From the human T2T-CHM13v2.0 reference genome, Homo sapiens: a stretch of 64,000 nucleotides of DNA. The DNA lies in the NCBI RefSeq assembly GCF_009914755.1, contig NC_060934.1. One strand, written 5' to 3'. Of the stretch, positions 28,620 to 50,285 are shown piece after piece. The notes under the pieces are model-generated. The model saw nothing but the letters and a program-made list of their open reading frames with translations, was not told where the DNA came from and made no database searches. Position 1 is the stretch's first letter, and the number at the start of each line of letters is the position of its first letter. Both the position numbers and the translations under genes were made by a program.

Positions 28620-30202
28620 TCTAAAGAAAAAAAAAATTGATAAGTTGGACTTCATTAAAGTTAAAAATTTCTGATCCGCAAAAGTCACCATTAAGATAAT
28701 GAAAAGACAAGACTAGGAGAAAATATTTGCAGAGCACATAGCTGATAAAGGATTGGTACCCCAAATATGCAAAGAAAGAACGTTTCGAACTCAACAATAA
28801 GAAAACAAACAACCCAACTTAAAAATGAGCAAAAGATCTGAACATACACTTCACCAAAGAAAATATACAGATGGAAAATTAGCATATGAAAAGATGCTCA
28901 ATACAGATGTCATTAGGGAATTGCAGATTAAAACAATGAGATACCACTGCATACCTATTAGAAATGCTGAATTCCAAGACACTGATAACAACAAATGCTG
29001 GCCAGGATGTGGAGCAGTGGGAACTCTCATTCTTTACTGGTGAAATACAAAATGGTGCAGCCACTTTGGAAGACAGTTTGGTAGTTTCTCACAAAGCTAA
29101 ACATACTCTTACCATATGATTCGCAATTGCACTCATAGGTATTTACCCAAATGACTGGAAACGTATGTCCACACAAAGAAAACTGCACAGGTATGTTTAT
29201 GGAAGTTTTATTCACAATGGCTTGTATTAGTCCATTTTCAGGCTGCCAATAAAGACATACTCGAGACTGGGCAATTTACAAAAGAAAGACGTTTAATGAA
29301 CTTACAGTTCCACGTGGCTGGGCAAGCCTCACAATCATGGCAGAAAGGAAGGAGGAGTAAGTCATATCTTACATGGATGGCAGCAGGCAAAGAGAGAGAG
29401 CTTATGTAGGGAAACTCCAGTTTTTATAACCATCAGATCTTGTGAGACTTATTCACTATCACAAGAACAGCATGGGAAAGACCTGCCCCCATGATTCAAT
29501 TACCTCCCACGTGGTTCTTCCCACAACATGTGGCAATTGTGAGAGTTACAATTCAAGATGAGATTTGGGTGGGGACACAGCCAAATCATATCATCACTAA
29601 AATTTAGAAGCAACCAAGATATCCTTCAATAGGTGAATGGCAAAACAAACTGTGGTACATCCAGACAATGGGATATTATTCAGTGATAAAAAGAAGTGCA
29701 CAATCAACCCGTGAAAAGACATGGAGAAACATTAAATGCATATTGCTAAGTGAAATAAGCCAATCTGAAAAGACTATATACTATATGATTCCAAATATAC
29801 GACATTCTGAAAAGCGCAAAACTATGGAGACAGTAAAAAGATAGCAGTTGCCTGGGATATAGGGGGGAGGAGAGAGAAAAGAATAAAACAGAGCACAGGA
29901 GATTTTCAGGACAGTGAAAGTATTCTGTATGATACTATAATGGTAGATACATATAGTTAGACATTTGTCCAAACCCACTGAATGTACAGTACCAAGAGTG
30001 ACCCCAATGTAAACAATAAACCTTAGTTTCTAATAATGTATCTGTACTGACTCAGTAATTACTTCAAATGTATCACACTAATATCAGACGTTAATAACAG
30101 GGGAAACTAGGAGAACAGGTAGGTAGGAACTCTCTACTTTCTGCTAGATTTTCTTGTAAACCTAAAACTACTAAAAAATAATAAAGTCTATTCATTAAAA
30201 AA
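28620..30202 (+). mobile_element. L1MC-type 3' region, interrupted by THE1
   Basis: ORF 28825-29043 (IRELQIKTMRYHCIPIR); L1MC-type 3'UTR ending aataaagtctattcattaaaaaa. Confidence 0.88.
29223..29593 (-). mobile_element. THE1 (MaLR) solo LTR
   Basis: tgtattagtccattttcaggctgccaataaagacatactcgagactggg...ggggacacagccaaatcatatca. Confidence 0.94.
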
Positions 30203-30204
30203 TG

Positions 30205-30342
30205 TAACATAGTCAGACTCCATCTCTACAAAAAATGAAAAGAAAAACAGCCAAGCTGAGGCAGGAGGATTGCTTGAGCCCAGGAGGTTGAGGCTACTGT
30301 GAGCTACGATTGCACCACTATACTCCAGCATGGGATAAAAAA
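30205..30342 (+). mobile_element. Degraded Alu monomer (FRAM/AluJ fragment)
   Basis: gctgaggcaggaggattgcttgagcccaggagg. Confidence 0.8.
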
Positions 30343-30375
30343 CATATATACATATTTTTTTGCCTGTCTCTAAAA

Positions 30376-30377
<2 letters not shown>

Positions 30378-30424
<47 letters not shown>
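30378..30424. repeat. (CA)~23 microsatellite
   Basis: Perfect dinucleotide run. Confidence 0.98.
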
Positions 30425-30429
<5 letters not shown>

Positions 30430-30847
30430 TTTAAAAATACCAATGCTTAGGCCCTACCCCAGAGATTCTGATTTACAGTTATTTATTGCATAATGACATT
30501 TTGGTCAATAATGGATGCCATTCACAACAGTGGTCCCATAAGAGTATAATCAAACTGAAAAATTCCTATTGCCTGGTGACATCCTGATGATCCTAACCCT
30601 GTGTTGGCCTGGGCTCATAATGTGTGTGCTTGTTTCTTCACTCTTAACAAAAAAAGTTCAAAAAGTAAAAAATAAATTTTTTTAAAAAGAAACAAGATTA
30701 TAGAGTATGGATATAAAGAAAGAAAAAATATTTTTATAGAGCTGAACAATGTGTTTGTATTTTAAGCTAAGTGTTGTTATAAAACAGTAAAGAAGTTGAA
30801 AAAGTAAAAGGTTTATAAGGTAAAAATTTATGGTAAGCTAAGATTAA

Positions 30848-31184
<337 letters not shown>

Positions 31185-31548
31185 CTAAGTGTACAGCATT
31201 TATAAAGGCTACAGTAGTATGCAGTAATGTCCTAGGCCTTTAGATTCACTCACCACTCACTGATTGACTCACCCAGGGCAACTTCCAGTCCTGCAAGCTC
31301 CATTCATGGTGAGTGCCTGGACAGGTGTATCATTTTTTATTTCATACTGTATTTTTACTGTACCTTTTCTTACGTTTAGATACACAAATACTTACCATCG
31401 TGTTACAATTGCCTACAGTATCCAGTACAGTCACATGCTACACAGGTAGCCTAGGAGCAGTAGGCTATACCGCCTAGCCTAGCTGTGTAGTAGCCTAGAC
31501 CATCTAGGTGTGTGTAAGCACAGTCCTATGATGTTCACGTAATGATGA

Positions 31549-31889
<341 letters not shown>

Positions 31890-32124
31890 TCAAGATGTAT
31901 CCCTGTTGTTAAGTGACGCAAGACTTTAATGAGTGTGCAGTGCTACATGTGGGTTTCCCTGTAGTAGTCTAAGGCTTAAACCTACAGGTTCTTGCCAAAG
32001 AGCAAGAAATCTCCCAAGGTTACAAAGTGAAGAAGACAGGACTTTCAACCCTAAGCAGTCAGCATCAGTTAAAAATACACAGATTTATTGATAGTTTTCG
32101 AAGGTACAGAACTTAGGATATTCA

Positions 32125-32634
<510 letters not shown>

Positions 32635-33659
32635 TTAATGAGTTACAAACCATTGCTGGGAAGAGGTTTTAAAAAACAACATAACATGGTCAGAGGTTCA
32701 GATGAGAAGTGTTGTTGTTTTTCATTTCTTTGTTTCTTAAATTTCCTTTTCTTGGAACTACCCAGGAAGGGCCTTGTTTTAGAACACGAGTCCAAAATTC
32801 ATATTTGCCTTGGGCTCTAGTTTCTAGCAATTTCCTTGATGGTGACTGAGACTAAAAGTGTGCCCACTTTTCACTTTAGGGCTTTTTGGTTCCTTCCTGG
32901 ACCCTCTTCCTACACTGCAAGCTTCTGCTGCAGCCCAGTCCTTGGTTACTGAGCCTTCAGGGTGACCCTGCTCCTCCCCTCCCCTTTCCCAGGACTGAAC
33001 TCGCTGATACGATTTGCTGTACTGTACAGGTTTAGAATCACACTCAAATCCTCCCTCTCTCTGGCTAATCAGATTAAGTAAACCACATTGCTGTAATGGA
33101 GGATAATGGGTTATTATGTTACCTCCCTCAACAATGGACAATATGCATCAAAAGCCTCCATACTGTTCGTCACCCTTGACCCAGCAATTCCATAAATGCC
33201 AGTAAAGCTTTATCGAGAACGTTCATATCACAGCATGGATAATGTTACATAGAAAACATTCTGAAAATATTTGACAAGTGACTACACCTCAGACACAAAG
33301 TTCCCTGTAACCATTCACCATTATAGCCCAAGATTCAAGGAGAGGGAATGTCATCAAGACATGGAGCAATCTGTGACCCAGGGACAGTCTTTGAGCAGGA
33401 AGAACTGGCACGAATCTCTTGCCATTTCTGGAAGAGGGGGAAACAGCGGAAAACTGAGCTGAGGGAGAAATAGACACTGGAGTTCTCTTTTCCCTATTGT
33501 GCACCAAAATTCTGGAACAGACAGTGTTAAGTGAATTGAGAGGAAGGAAAACATCAGGGTTCATGGTTTCCTAGCTTGTCAGCTCCTGCAAACATCCAGG
33601 AGAAGAAAATCATAATTTGATGTCATTTGAAACAAAGCCACATGTCAACCTTGAAAAAA

Positions 33660-34153
33660 ACAGACATATGTACATGTATGTTCATTGCAGCGCTATTCAC
33701 AATAGCAAAGACATGAAATAAGCCTAAATGCCCATCAAGAGTAGGCTGGATTAGGAAAATGTGGTACATATACACCATGGATATTATGCAGCCATAATAA
33801 AGAATAAGATCATGTTCTTTGCAGCAACATGGATGGAGTTGGAGGTCATTATTCCAGGTGAATTAACACAGAAATAGAAAACCAAATACTGCATGTTCTT
33901 ACTTACAAGTCAGAGCTAAACACTGAGTACATATGGACACAGAGAAGGGAAAAAGAGATACCAGGGCCTACTTGAGAGTGGAGGGTGGGAGGAAGGTGAG
34001 GATAAAAAAAACTGCCTATCGGGTACTAGACTTATTCCCTAGATGACATAATAATCTGTATACCAAAGCCCTGTGACACACAATTCACCTATATAACAAA
34101 CCTGTGTATTTACCCCTGAGCCTAAAATAAAAGTTAAAAACAACAACAACAAA
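33660..34153 (+). mobile_element. Old L1PA (L1PA15/16-like) 3' end
   Basis: atgttcattgcagcgctattcacaatagcaaagac...gcctacttgagagtggagggtgggagg...cctaaaataaaagttaaaaa. Confidence 0.9.
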
Positions 34154-35375
34154 ATCTAGGAGAAGGTTCTTATACAGCCTCATCCAACCTAGGGTTGGAG
34201 TAGCATTGCTGGTAGGAGGGGGCTGGGTGGAGGCCCCCAAGGCCATGTCCCTGGACCCCTACAGCCTCTGTTAGCTCAGGGACTTTACAAGTCCCCCTGT
34301 GCCTCTGCATGGGCACAGAGGTTTGGTGGACTGGCAGAGGCCTTGGCTCAGGACGCAGGGATGATGGTGCACCGGAACTTGAAAATAAGATGCAAATGGC
34401 TGGAACCAGGAGAGCCGGCAGCAGGAGTCACTGACAGGCTCAAAAGGCCCTAAGATGCTGCCACACCTCAGTAGACAGCAGGCCCAGGACAAATCCAGAC
34501 CTGCACCCTTCATTAGCAGGCAACGAGGGTACAGATGGCAGCACACCTACCCGAAGACTTTAATCAACACCACCGCTCCCTTATACATCCAGACTCAATC
34601 TTAGGGAGGAGCTGAGGGAGGGAGAGGAAACCTGAAAAACTGAGCACTCTTCCAAAGAAACTGCCCTAAAAGGGATGACTTCACTTGGAAAAAACTGAAA
34701 GAATATTTATTTTCTTCTCAAAATAGCGACAGAGGCCAGAGAAGACAGATTAGATCAATGATGGAAGACAAATTATATTTTTTGGTTCATCTGAGTAGTG
34801 TGGCATTAAATTTTTATACCCACTACATTTACATATATATAGCCAGGTTTATCCTCAAGGCAGGAGACTAGAGGACTCTTCTTCACAGACCAGCAAGAGA
34901 CCACCAAATATTAATATTTGGATGTTGACATAAGAAGCAGGTGGTCCGCCCATGGTCCTGTAGTGAAGTCACTAATGGGCAAAGTCCAGGCCACACAAAG
35001 TCTCCAACCCCCTTTCTTCCAAATATAAATGGACAAGTAGTGATCAGCCGATACTCAAAGATAGCTTCCAACACAAGACAGAAAAGGAAACAAGTAACTC
35101 AAAAAATCAGAGAATACAAAGAGTGGGGGAAATATCAAAAACTCATTGGCATCTTCTGAGAGGAAGGAGAAGATTCCTCAAACAAGGACAGATGATGTGA
35201 AAAAAAGAAATCAGAGCTCAAGAAAGAAACTTTCTTTGGAAATTAAAAATACGATCACTGAAATTAAGAGGCTGAAGATATAGAATCAAAGGAATCTTAC
35301 AGGATAGAAAACAAAAATACACAGAAAGATTAGTAAGATAGAAAAATATAAGAAAATTAGATCAACTTAAGAGTT

Positions 35376-36525
<1,150 letters not shown>

Positions 36526-36620
36526 GACAGTGAGCTGGACAAAAGTAACAGTAAGGAAATGGCCACCATGGTGCCAAGGAGTGATAGGGTAGGCTGGGGA
36601 GAGTACTTGATATGATGTCA

Positions 36621-37062
<442 letters not shown>

Positions 37063-37211
37063 AGTGACTTGTACATGGCAACCACCCGACAAAGCAGAGT
37101 TATTCTTATTAATATTGAGATGCCTTTGGGTAAGGTAGTGAGCACGTGGTTTGTTCTGAAGTCCTGGCTTAGGCCCAAACAAAAGCTCAGAAAGCCCAGC
37201 CAAAGCCCCTC

Positions 37212-37782
37212 TGTATCAGTCAGGGCTCTCTAGAGGGACAGAACCAATCAGATCGGTGTGTGTGTAAAAGGGAGTGTACTAGGGAGAACTGGCTCACAGG
37301 ATTGCAAGGTGAGGTCTCCCAGTAGGCATCAGCAAGCTGGGGAAAGAGAGAAGCCAGTAGCATGGCTCAGTCCAGGTCCAAGAACCTCAACACCAGGGAA
37401 GCGGACAGTGCAGCCCTAAGTCTGAGAGCCCCTGGGAGGCCACTGGAGCAAGACCCAGAGTCCAAAGGCTGAAGAACCTGGAGTCTGATGTCCAAGGGCA
37501 AGAGGAGGGGAAGCAAACATCTGGGCCCAGGAAAAGAGAGAGAGTGCGAGAGACTCAGCAAGCTGCTTCTCCCCAATCTTCCGCCTGCTTTGTTCTAGCC
37601 ACACTGCCAGCCAGTTGGATGGTGTCCACAGATATCAAGGGTGGGTCTGCTTCTCCCAGTCGACAGACTCAAATGTCAGTCTCCTCTGGCAACCCCCTCC
37701 CAGACACCCAAGAGCAATGCTTCGCCAGCCATCTAGGCATTCCTGAATCCAATCAAGTCGACACCTAATATTAACCACCACA
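37212..37782 (-). mobile_element. MLT2B-type (ERVL) solo LTR
   Basis: tgtatcagtcagggctctctagagggacagaac...aatccaatcaagtcgacacctaatattaaccaccaca; perfect 5-bp TSD ccctc at 37207-11 and 37783-87. Confidence 0.92.
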
Positions 37783-37991
37783 CCCTCTCAACTATCTCAG
37801 AAACAGACAGCTGAACAACTGGAATGCACCACTGTACCATTTTTTAATGATGATGGAGATTCTGCTTACAGCCCAGAGAAAGCTTCTGGAATAGGGGTTT
37901 TATGAATTTGGAGGAAAGTTTTTAGCTAACAAAAGATCATGTTTTGGTTCTTGGTTCCTGGGGGTCCAGGAGAAGAAATATATTGAATCTC

Positions 37992-38280
37992 ACCAGGCAT
38001 GGTGGCTCACGCCTGTAATCCTAACACTTTGGGAGGCCAAGGCGGGCAGATCACTTGAGGTCAGGAGTTCGAGACCAGCCTGGCCAACATGGTGAAACCC
38101 TGTCTCTACTAAAAATACAAAAATTAGCTGAATGTGGTGGCACGCACCTGTAGTCCCAGCTACTCAGGAGGCTGAGGCAGCAGAATAGCTGAAACCTGGG
38201 AGGCGGAGGTTGCAGTGAGCCAAGATTGCACCACTGCACTCCAACTTTGGCAATCCATCCTGAGCAACAGAGCGAGACTC
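37992..38280 (+). mobile_element. Alu (S-type)
   Basis: Dimeric Alu; TSD ttgaatctc lies beyond the GA-rich tail. Confidence 0.95.
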
Positions 38281-38512
38281 AAGAAAGGAAGGAAGGAAGG
38301 AAGGGAGGGAGGGAAAGAAAAGAAAGAAAGGAAAGAAAGGAAAGGAAGAAAGAAAGAGGAAAGAAAGAAAGAAAGAGAGGGAGGGAGGGAGAGAAGGAAG
38401 AAAGGAAGGAAGGAAGAAAAGGAGGGAGGGAGAGAAGGAAGGAAGGAAAGGGAGGGAGGGAGGGAAACGAAGGAAGGACAGAGAGAGAGAGAGGAAGGAA
38501 GGAAGGAAGGAA
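38281..38512. repeat. Polypurine (GGAA/GAAA/GGGA)n tract, ~230 bp
   Basis: Almost pure A/G run. Explains the K/E/G/R-rich ORFs at 38215 and 38226. Confidence 0.97.
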
Positions 38513-39469
38513 TTTGAATCTCTGACCTCACAGCAGAGTCAATAACAGCATGAGTTAGGTGAGCAGTAGGAAGAATGCACCAACCAACTGAAGATGAGAC
38601 CATCTTCCAGATGAGGCTGACATCCAAATCTAATTGGTTTTCTCTCCACACTTCCAAAGAAGAAATGTATCTCTATTTATAATCTGCCTGGCCTTTGTGA
38701 AATAGGTTATGCCAGACATGGAGAAGTAGTACAGCCTTTTGTGGCAATGCTGGTTCTGTTCATTGCAGTTGATGAACAACAATATTAGGAATGCTAACTT
38801 GGCTTTGAGTGTGCCTCTTCACGTAGTATAGCCATGATCATTTTTGACTCTCAACGACCTTGAGAGGTGGGAAGAGTAAATTTTTATTCCCAGTTCTATA
38901 GATGAGGAAACAAGATACTCAAAGAGATGATAGGACAGTCCTGAGATTTTACTGGCGCAGAACTAAGACTAGAGTTCAGGCCTTCTCCACGTCTAGGGCT
39001 GCTCCTATTATCAGCCCATCAAATGCACTTAGCTAGTGGTAGGAGGGGATGTGCCTTCACAGCCAGACAGGGCTTCAGCTGTCAGACCATAGGCTTAGAG
39101 CAGGATCCGAGGCTCACTGATTTTCAGTTCACTGGACTAAGCCTGCCCAAATAACACACACTCAGGCCTGGGTTCGGGAGTCAGAGTTCCAGCCAGGGAC
39201 GCATTCTCTCCTGGCCCTATTTTCTTGCCTCTAAAATAAGAATCCTGACCTACTTCATTGGCCTGTCCTCGGGGAAGAGATAAACATTTTTACATTAAGC
39301 TGGAAATGGGTTTGTAAGTGTCCTAATACAACATAACTAATACTTTGCCTTTAATGATTTTTTTCATCTTGAGAATCGAAATGAAATCCATTCATGTTCT
39401 TTCAACGAACATAAATATTTTGCGGAGAGTAAAAGATACAAATGGGCTAGCCATTTGTTCCAGGGAACA

Positions 39470-39920
39470 CACGCCGGTCATTTGCCAACTTGCTCTCAGC
39501 CTCATCCTGTTCCTCCCATAGCAGACATTTCCCATGCTCCCTTGCGTACGGCCTTCCTGCCAGGTAAGGCCAATGGGAGGCACTAGGGGATTCGAGGGGG
39601 AGAGAAAGGAAAAGCCAGGGTATTTATGTTCCTCTCTCTCTGCTTCGGGCAGCACTCCCAACAGTGGCTGTGTCTCCACTGTGGTTCCTCCTCCTGCCAG
39701 GTGGCCTTGGCTCCTGGGCTCCCCTCACACCATCTCTGTCTTCCGTCCCTCTCATCCAAAGGGTGGGAGCTGCTTCCCGCTGTTATTGATCTTTGGGTTG
39801 CTTTACCATGGCCTTTAGGCTGTTCAGCTCTTCTTATGCTGTTGTCTCCAGTTCTCTGTGTTAGATTCTGCTGTTAAATGCCATGGTGTGGGCTCTTTTC
39901 CTCACTGGGCCCTGACGGAC
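39470..39920 (+). mobile_element. LTR33-family (ERVL) LTR
   Basis: gctcccttgc...ggccaatgggaggcactagggg...aagccagggtattt...ttcctcactgggccctgac. Confidence 0.65.
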
Positions 39921-40137
39921 TGGGTACCCCACAGAGAAAATGTGTTGGGGGAATGCCTTCCCCTAGAAGGAAAGAGATCTGGGCCTGAGTTGGGCCACTT
40001 TCTCCAACCAGTTGGTGACCTCAGGCAAGTCACAACCTCTTTGGGCTTCGATTTCCTTTTCTGCAAAATGAAAGAGCTAGACTAGATGATTCCTGCCACC
40101 CATTTCATAGTTATCAAGTAGGTAGGTGATTCCCTGA

Positions 40138-40581
<444 letters not shown>

Positions 40582-40779
40582 TAGAAACATAAGAAAATTA
40601 TAACGAACAGAATGGATCCCTCAACATTCTACCAGACACCATTGTCTTAAATTCTAGAAGTTCCCAGGCAAACATTTGAAGAACCAAAGTAATCCAGAGG
40701 ACCTAGAATTCATTGAAAAATGCTGCTTTTATCACCTTTCCCCTCCCTGTAGAATATCTAATAATTTCAAAGGAACATA

Positions 40780-44460
<3,681 letters not shown>

Positions 44461-45351
44461 CAGATAACCCACATGGTCAAATGGTCCACCCACTAATGTG
44501 GTACAGAACCCCAGTTCACTGTTAACCTTATGGATCAACTCCAGCAATTGTCTGGAGCAGGTGGTCACATTTTTATTTTCAGGAGGAGAGCGTTCCCTAG
44601 GATGAGAAGCTTAGACCAGAACCATCCCAGAAGGAAAAAAAAAAACAACACCTAAACATCGTCACACAAGTTCCCAGGAACCCACTAATAGTGAGGACAG
44701 GAAAAAGACTGAAGGAAACGACAGAAGCTCATCCACACTGAAGAGTGAAGTCCCCAGGCCCCAACACCTAGGTCCTAAAGCACTAGACTCCAGTGTCTTC
44801 TCTTCCAGGGCCACTGGTTGTGAGGAAAAGAAACAGGGACATTTCTAGAGTTCATTTGAGAATGAAGGCTCAAAAGTAAACATTTGCAGAACCATCCACA
44901 AGGCTCCCATAACTTCAAAAGGCTGCAAGGAAACAACATTGCTTTGAATGTAATGTAAATGAAATAGAAACATATGATTTAGATTTCCACAAAAATAAAC
45001 CCAGCTCTGCAGGGAGAACAGAAACAGCACCTGAGGACCAGATGCCTTTGGGTGGGGTTTTGTATTTGTAGATCCACAAGGCTGCAGGAAAAGCTGAGAC
45101 TCTCAGACGGTCAGCATCCTCCTACCTCCCTACAGAGCCAGGCTTGTGCGGCTGGCTTATGAGATGGCTGAGTTTTCTAGAAGCTAGAAACTCTACTTGC
45201 AAGTAGAGACACTTAGGGTTGCCTTATAGAGAATGGGTGGGAGAAGAAAAGGGAAGGGAATGGAGAAAGAGATTGAGATTTCTCCTCAAAGGCAAGGTTT
45301 GTAAACCACAGAATATCTTTAACTCTGGATTTCATGTTCAATCAAAGTGCC

Positions 45352-46488
<1,137 letters not shown>

Positions 46489-46705
46489 TAATATTCCAAG
46501 ATAAAGAACCATGTCATGCTTCCCCCTGGAAGCCACGTCTAGCCACGTGGCAGCTAGAAATCTATACAGCCAAATTTCTGCAAATGGCTTGATCCTATGT
46601 AGGAAGTATTGCCCGAAAGTACCAGGGCAGATTAAATGACTTTTCCATGTTTCCCAAATTATCAGCTGCTTTCTTGTGCCTTCCCCCCTAAAGAGTCCTT
46701 TAAAC

Positions 46706-47231
46706 CAGAGGTCCCCAATCTTTTTGGCATCAGGGGCCAGTTTCATGGAAGACAATTTTTCCACAGACCAGGGTGTGGGGATGGTTTTAGGATGATTCAA
46801 GTGCATTACATTTATTGTGCACTTTATTTCTATTATTATTACATTGTAATATCTAATGAAATAAGTATGCAACTCAACATAATGTAGAAACAGTGGGAAC
46901 CCTGAGCTTGTTTTCCTGCAACTAGATGGTCCCATTTGGGGGTGATGGGAGACAGTTACAGATCATCAGGCATTAGATTCTCATAAGAAGCAAGCGACCT
47001 AGATACCTCACATGTGCAGTTCACAATAGGGTTCACGCTTCTGTGAGTATCTAATGCCACACTGATCTGACAGGAGGTGGAGCTCAGGCAGTAATGCAAG
47101 TAATGGGGAGCAGCTGTAAATACAGATGAAGCTTCACTCACTCTCCCACTGCTCACCTCCTGCTGTGTGACCCAGTTCCTAACAGGCCACAGACCAGTAC
47201 CAGTACATGGCCCAGGAGTTGGGGACCCCTG
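46706..47231 (-). mobile_element. MER1A (hAT-Charlie), full length
   Basis: TIRs cagaggtccccaa and ttggggacccctg; 8-bp TSD ctttaaac/ctttacac; ~526 bp. Confidence 0.92.
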
Positions 47232-47369
47232 CTTTACACTCTGACTTTTCCCTAACCTTCAAAAACAGGTGTGTATTATTTTAGAAATACACCATCATGC
47301 TCGGGTTTTCATCACACTGCCTGAGCCACGTCTCTTAGATCTTAACCATTACAATGTGTTCCAGCCTGG

Positions 47370-47712
47370 ACTTGCAACTGTCAGCAGCTGCATGTCTGTG
47401 CCATGGGGCATCTTCTAGAGCCAAGGAAGAGGATAGCCTGGAAATCCACAGGCTGGAAGTGACAAGCCATTAACACCTCCCAGGAGCAGCTCTCAACTGA
47501 TGACTCTTGGGAATTGGTGTATAAATACCCCAGCTCCCTCACCCTCCAGTGGGATAATTCTGAGACATGTGTTTTACATTCTTCTTAGAGGTTCCCTATG
47601 GTATTAAGCTCCAGTTGTCCACTGTGGCAGCTGACTTAATAACAGACTTCCCTTCCTCGAATCACTTCCCCACTCTCCCACCAGGGCTTCTAGGGAAACC
47701 CACACTAAAACA
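47370..47712 (+). mobile_element. LTR16A-like (ERVL) LTR
   Basis: ggagcagctctcaactgatgac...gtataaataccccagctccctcaccc...gggataattctgag...ctagggaaacccacactaaaaca. Confidence 0.75.
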
Positions 47713-48942
47713 AGACATCAAGATGCTTCACCACATTTCCATGCTTTAATAGCCCACTTCACTTCCCATTTTTAAGTAAGAAACTTTAAAAAGTGATTTC
47801 AGGGAGTTTGAGGCAAATAGAAAAGTTCTGTGTAGATGGAAAAAAGATAAAAAATACCTCTCAACAGCAAACTCTTAAATCCCAAACAAAGGAAAAGGGA
47901 CTGAGCTAAGTATGCCAGTGATCAGTAACCCTATCATCATATTCTCTCCTCTCCCTCTCTCCCTCTGTCTCTTATTCACTGCCACCCTCCTCCCCCCATA
48001 CATTTATGGAGTAAGGAAGCCTCTTGAATAACTTAAAAAGTAAAATGAAATGTCCACCCAACACAATGCTTGTGAGCTTGTGGGTGGCCTGAGAGCTGGG
48101 CTCAAAGCCATGACTTGGATCATTATTTGCATTTTTAATATCAACTGCACTTGCATCATTTTTTTAGTCAAAGTTTTTCCATTGATCAAAACTTACTCCA
48201 GTCCATCAACTCTCTTGAAAAATAGCCAGCAACGATCTTTCTCCCATTTTGATTATTTCTTTCTTTGGTATAAGGGGTGTGTGTGTGTGTGTGTGTGCTT
48301 TTTTTTTTAATCTCCAGCGGTAGAAATTACTATTTTTGAAAATAAAGCCAGTGAGAAAATAAAGACAGAAGACACTAAATAAAAGTCAAGGGGAAAGGAA
48401 AGAAGAACTACCCCCAGGGTGTGCATTCCAAGTGGCTGCAGAAGTCAAGCTGGACCAGCAGGGGTAATTTTTGTGGGTTATCCATCACTGAAAGCTTGTC
48501 AACAGCTTCCCCACCCTGATATCTCCTTAGAGATGAGAATATTGGGTTGGGAGGTCATATTGTTTCCCTCTTACCGCATGGTGATTTATTTGCAAAACTG
48601 CTTGCAAAGCAGTCAGCTGTGGGGGGACACACGTGCTTCCAGTGTCCAGCCATCAGCAAAACACTACATACATTGACCTCCAGCCACCTCTGAACACTTT
48701 CAAGTCATAATCTTATTCAGCCTCCTTGGCTTATGAGATGAAGAGTATGTGGGCATTCATTCTGGGTAGATTTTTCTCTTTAATTTTTGACAAGAGTAGG
48801 CTTTAGATTCAGGCCTGATGGGGAAATGGCACAATGTTCTTCCCTATTAATCTGCCTCGTAATGAATAGCAAGTAAAATACAAGCCAGGCACTTTATGTC
48901 AGTTGTTCAATTCTCAACTCTTCAAGTTAGATAGATATATGT

Positions 48943-49243
48943 GTTTTGTTTTTTTTTAAATGGGGTCTTGCTCTTTGGCCCTGGCTGGAGTACAGTGGTG
49001 CATTCATAACTCAATGCAGCCTTGACCTTCTGGGCTCAAGCAGTCCTCCCACCTCAGCCTCCCAAGTAGCTAGGACCACAGATGTGCATTGTCATACCTG
49101 GCTATTTTTTTTTATTTTCATTTTTGTAGAGATGAGATTTCAGTTTGTTGCCCAGGCTGATTTCAAACTCCTGACCTGAAGCAATCCTCCTACCTTGACC
49201 TCCCAAAGCACTGGGATTACAAATGCAAGCTACCGCACCTGAT
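48943..49243 (-). mobile_element. Alu (J-type)
   Basis: Reverse diverged Alu. Confidence 0.92.
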
Positions 49244-49539
49244 CAAGTTAAATATTTTTATCCCTATTTTACGGAAAAGAAAAATGAGGTCCAGAAAGGA
49301 TATGTAAGCTGCCCAAGGTCATTGCTATATGCTACTGACATTAATTAAACCTTTGCTAGATGCCAAGCCTGGTCCTGGGCAGTGGGAATGCTAATACAAA
49401 TTAGCCAGAGTTCATGCCCTCAAGGAGTAGTGTGATGAGTGTCAGGGGGACATAAGTATGGAGCAGATAAAGGGAGGGATCAACACAGTGGCATAGGAAG
49501 TAAAAAGAGTCATAGGATCAGGGAAGCTTCACTGTAGAC

Positions 49540-50285
49540 CCGTGGTTCACAATCTTGGGTGCACCAGAATCACCTGAGGAGCTTAAAAATCTCTGAGGTG
49601 GAAATACCATTTCACCCAGCGATCCCATTACTGGGTATATACCCAAAAGATTATAAATCATTCTACTATAAAGACACATACACACGTATGTTTATTGCAG
49701 CACTATTTACAATAGCAAAGACTTGGAACCAACCCAGATGCCCATCAATGATAGACCGGATTAAGACAATGTGGCACATATACACCATGAAATACTACGC
49801 AGCCATAAAAAAGAATGAGTTCATGTCTTTTGCAGGGACATAAATGAAGCTGGAAACCATCATTCTCAGCAAACTAACACAGGAACAGAAAACCAAACAC
49901 CACATGTTCTCACTCATAAATGGGAGTTGAACAATGAGAACACATGGACACAGGGAGGGGAACATCACACACTGAGGCCTGTTGGGGGGTTGGGGGCAAA
50001 GGGAGGGAGAGCATTAGGACAAATACCTAATGTATGCAGGGCTTGAAACCTAGATGATGGGTTGATAGGTGTAGCAAACCACTGTGGCACATGTATACCT
50101 ATGAAACAAACCTGCATGTTCTGCACATGTATCCCAGAAATTTAAGTAAAATAAATTTTAAAAATATCTCTGAGGTGGTTTCATATCCGGAGATGGGAAA
50201 TGGTCTGAGATGTCACATGGGCATCAGGATTTTTTAAAGTTCTCCCAGGTGAGTTTAATGTGAAACCAAAGACGAGAACCACTGA
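49540..50285. mobile_element. MER5-type MITE split by an L1PA
   Basis: gtggttcacaatcttgggtgcaccagaatcacctg...ctcccaggtgagtttaatgtg...gagaaccactg. Confidence 0.75.
49602..50165 (+). mobile_element. L1PA 3' end (5'-truncated)
   Basis: ORF 49559-49843 ([21 protein letters not shown]...WNQPRCPS); TSD atctctgaggtgg at 49589-601 and 50166-78. Confidence 0.96.

Noticed and set aside
34860-35370. Possible old L1 5'/ORF1 remnant
   Set aside because: A-rich and suggestive, but too degraded to call without a profile search.
38160-38657. K/E/G/R-rich and S/L/P/F-rich ORFs
   Set aside because: Translations of the polypurine microsatellite.
39360-39445. Possible snRNA (U5-like) fragment
   Set aside because: No convincing alignment to the U5 sequence as I recall it, and no Sm site/TSD pattern.
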